From a bacterium (lineage in GTDB: Bacteria > JAJRZV01), in contig JAJRZV010000069.1 in the NCBI GenBank assembly GCA_024275095.1, positions 1 through 41,456 on the forward strand: a DNA stretch of 41,456 nucleotides. Direction: 5' to 3'. This document shows, in pieces, positions 39,628 through 41,456 of the stretch. The notes under the pieces are model-generated. The model saw only the letters and a program-made list of their open reading frames with translations. It was not told the DNA's origin and ran no database searches. The first letter of the stretch is position 1. Each line of letters begins with the position of its first letter. Both the position numbers and the translations under genes were made by a program.

Positions 39628-40700
39628 TGCCTGCCCAGGAAAAGAATTTAGTATGGGTGATGGAGCGCGTGCCTTCCGAACGTTTCCCCTATCGTCTGAC
39701 AATCCAGACTGAGGCCGGTAGAGTGATACTTGCTCTGCGTGTGCAGGATCGGTGGCCCGGTTCCAGAGGAAACATTTTTTGCATCCGAGACGAGGGCAGG
39801 AGTGGCCTTCCAGAACCCTTGGAAGAGGTCGAACGTGTCCCCGTAGTCTCGTTCAAACGATACGGCCACCGTGTTTCGGTGGTGCTTCAACGTGCTTCGT
39901 GTCGGAAGTGTGATTTTTTGTTTTTAAAAAAGTCGTATAAGACAAAAAGCGGATTTTATGAACAAATATTCTGGCAGACGGAACAGGCTCTGCGTGAGAG
40001 GCGTCCCCGGGTGAAACTCAGCATCAGGGGGTCTCCTGCACTGGAAATATTGATTGATAGAAACGAGCGTTATCCATGGCGTTTCCCGGGTTGCCGTGTT
40101 GAAAGGGAGTCTCTTCCTGCTGGAGATTATGCACTTCTCGGTAACGGAGTGATCCAGGCTGTGGTGGAGCGCAAGACATACTCTGATTTACTGGCTGCCT
40201 TTGGTATTCTTCCATCCTTTCATCAACGGCTTAACGAAATGGAGTCCTACCCACGGGCAGCTCTCGTAATTGAGGCACACTACGCGGATTTTCTGAACCC
40301 CTCACGCAATCGCTTTTACAGCATTTCTTTTACCACCCAGGCCATTGCCGAAATTTACGCACTGCACCCACACCTTCAAGTTGTATTTGCTGGTAATCGG
40401 AAACTTGCCAATTAATGGACATTAAACTATTTTCAAAAGGTTCTTGCGCGCTTGCAGGAGTCAGCACGGATGCCTGCTGTTGCTGAAGAGATGCTGGAGC
40501 ACTCGATTGAAAGGTCGCAACCCCTTCACTGGAAGGAAATTGAAAGAAGTCTCAAGAACAGCACGCTGGAATGTTTTACATTGAGGGATTTGATGGAACA
40601 TTTCGTCGATGCTTCTGAAAAAAGTATCCGGAAGGCTCTGAATTCTCTCAAAAAGCAGGGCATCGTGGAATGTACAGGCCGCGGTCGTGGTGCAAAATAG
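39627..40700 (+). pseudogene. ERCC4/XPF-domain nuclease with C-terminal winged-helix-like domain, split by an in-frame TAA at 40413-40415
   Basis: ILIDRNERYPW, LPAGDY and VVERKT (GDXnERK ERCC4 motif). The frame continues as RKLAN*WTLNYFQKV... into FTLRDL...SIRKALNSLKKQGIVECTGRGRG. Confidence 0.82.
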
Positions 40701-40707
40701 GTGAAGG

Positions 40708-41456
40708 TTACTTGATGCGTGCCAGGACTTTATGCCCTTTTTTTAAATTCAACGTTATCCGGGCATTTCCCTGATTAACGGAAATTTCGAGCAGTCCTCT
40801 GCTACCCGGAAGTGCAAGGGGTGTACCGGGAGGGACACTGGCATAGCATTTTCCGACCTGAATTGTGTTCGGGAGTGTTTCTACTTCAACCTTTTCAAAA
40901 CGCTCATCCCATTCAATATTGGTAACGGCATTGCCGAAGCGGTCAAAAAAGAGAATTTCACCTTCCCAACCATTTTCTGCAGGTCGAGGTTTTGGAATGG
41001 ATAGTTTTGTAAATGGGGGTGCACAGGGTATTCCCAGTCCGTTGAGTGGGGTCCCTGATGCTATGTGTGCACCAACCGGTGCAAATACATCCCGGCCGTG
41101 GAAAGTACTGGATATTGGATGGAGTAAATGTTGTGATGTGTAATCGATTTCTCGGATTTCTTCTGCATCATCCAGTGCGAACGAAAACACCCCGTTGTCT
41201 GGCCCTACAAACACATGTTCCATATACCGTACGATAAGTCCACGTCGCTGTGTGCCGACTCCCGGGTCAACCACACAAATGTGTACAGTTCCTGGAGGGT
41301 AAAAACGCCATGAAGTTTGAAGGAGAAATTGAGCATGAAGTATGTCTCCTGGTTCAATCATGTGGGAAATATCAACGATTGTAGCTTCTGGAGAGATTGA
41401 AAGAATAATTCCTTTCATCGCACCCACATATTCATCCTGAAGCCCGAAATCAGTAA
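40708..41456 (-). CDS. SAM hydroxide adenosyltransferase (DUF62, chlorinase/fluorinase family), 5'-truncated by the window edge
   Basis: The frame is open to the window end (TDFGLQDEYVGAMKG). Motifs VVDPGVGT, GPDNG, STFHGRDVFAP, DRFGNAVTN and LEISVNQG. Confidence 0.95.
   Translation of the reverse strand, partial: TDFGLQDEYVGAMKGIILSISPEATIVDISHMIEPGDILHAQFLLQTSWRFYPPGTVHICVVDPGVGTQRRGLIVRYMEHVFVGPDNGVFSFALDDAEEIREIDYTSQHLLHPISSTFHGRDVFAPVGAHIASGTPLNGLGIPCAPPFTKLSIPKPRPAENGWEGEILFFDRFGNAVTNIEWDERFEKVEVETLPNTIQVGKCYASVPPGTPLALPGSRGLLEISVNQGNARITLNLKKGHKVLARIK

Noticed and set aside
40708-41456. Halogenase (fluorinase/chlorinase) interpretation
   Set aside because: The DUF62-type FHGRD motif and housekeeping context point to the common SAM hydrolase; there is no biosynthetic cluster in view.

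Overview
Gene-dense bacterial chromosomal segment, mid-40s % GC by eye. Gene order (mfd-PPIases-surA-pdxA, rpoZ-rel, rpmB/gpsA) looks deltaproteobacteria-like (inference). Housekeeping genes include leuS, queF, rpoZ, rel, rpmB, gpsA, mfd, pdxA, uvrA and tilS. Accessory modules are: (i) TPR/beta-barrel, FecR-domain protein and large lipoprotein, with a sigma54-type promoter layout (tandem enhancer sites, IHF site, -24/-12); (ii) a BtrH-like acyltransferase coupled to an acyl-CoA ligase; (iii) LolA-like protein, beta-barrel and pentaheme cytochrome c; (iv) an acyl-CoA catabolism operon running into an amgK-like kinase and an ERCC4 nuclease. The main anomaly is three otherwise continuous reading frames (mfd, the ERCC4-wHTH nuclease, a small hypothetical gene), each split by a single in-frame TAA where Glu (GAA) would fit. 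Sequence error, recent pseudogenisation and TAA read-through cannot be distinguished from sequence alone. Five transcription units appear to start leaderless. I found no tRNA, rRNA, CRISPR array or mobile element. All family assignments come from motif recognition, not database searches.
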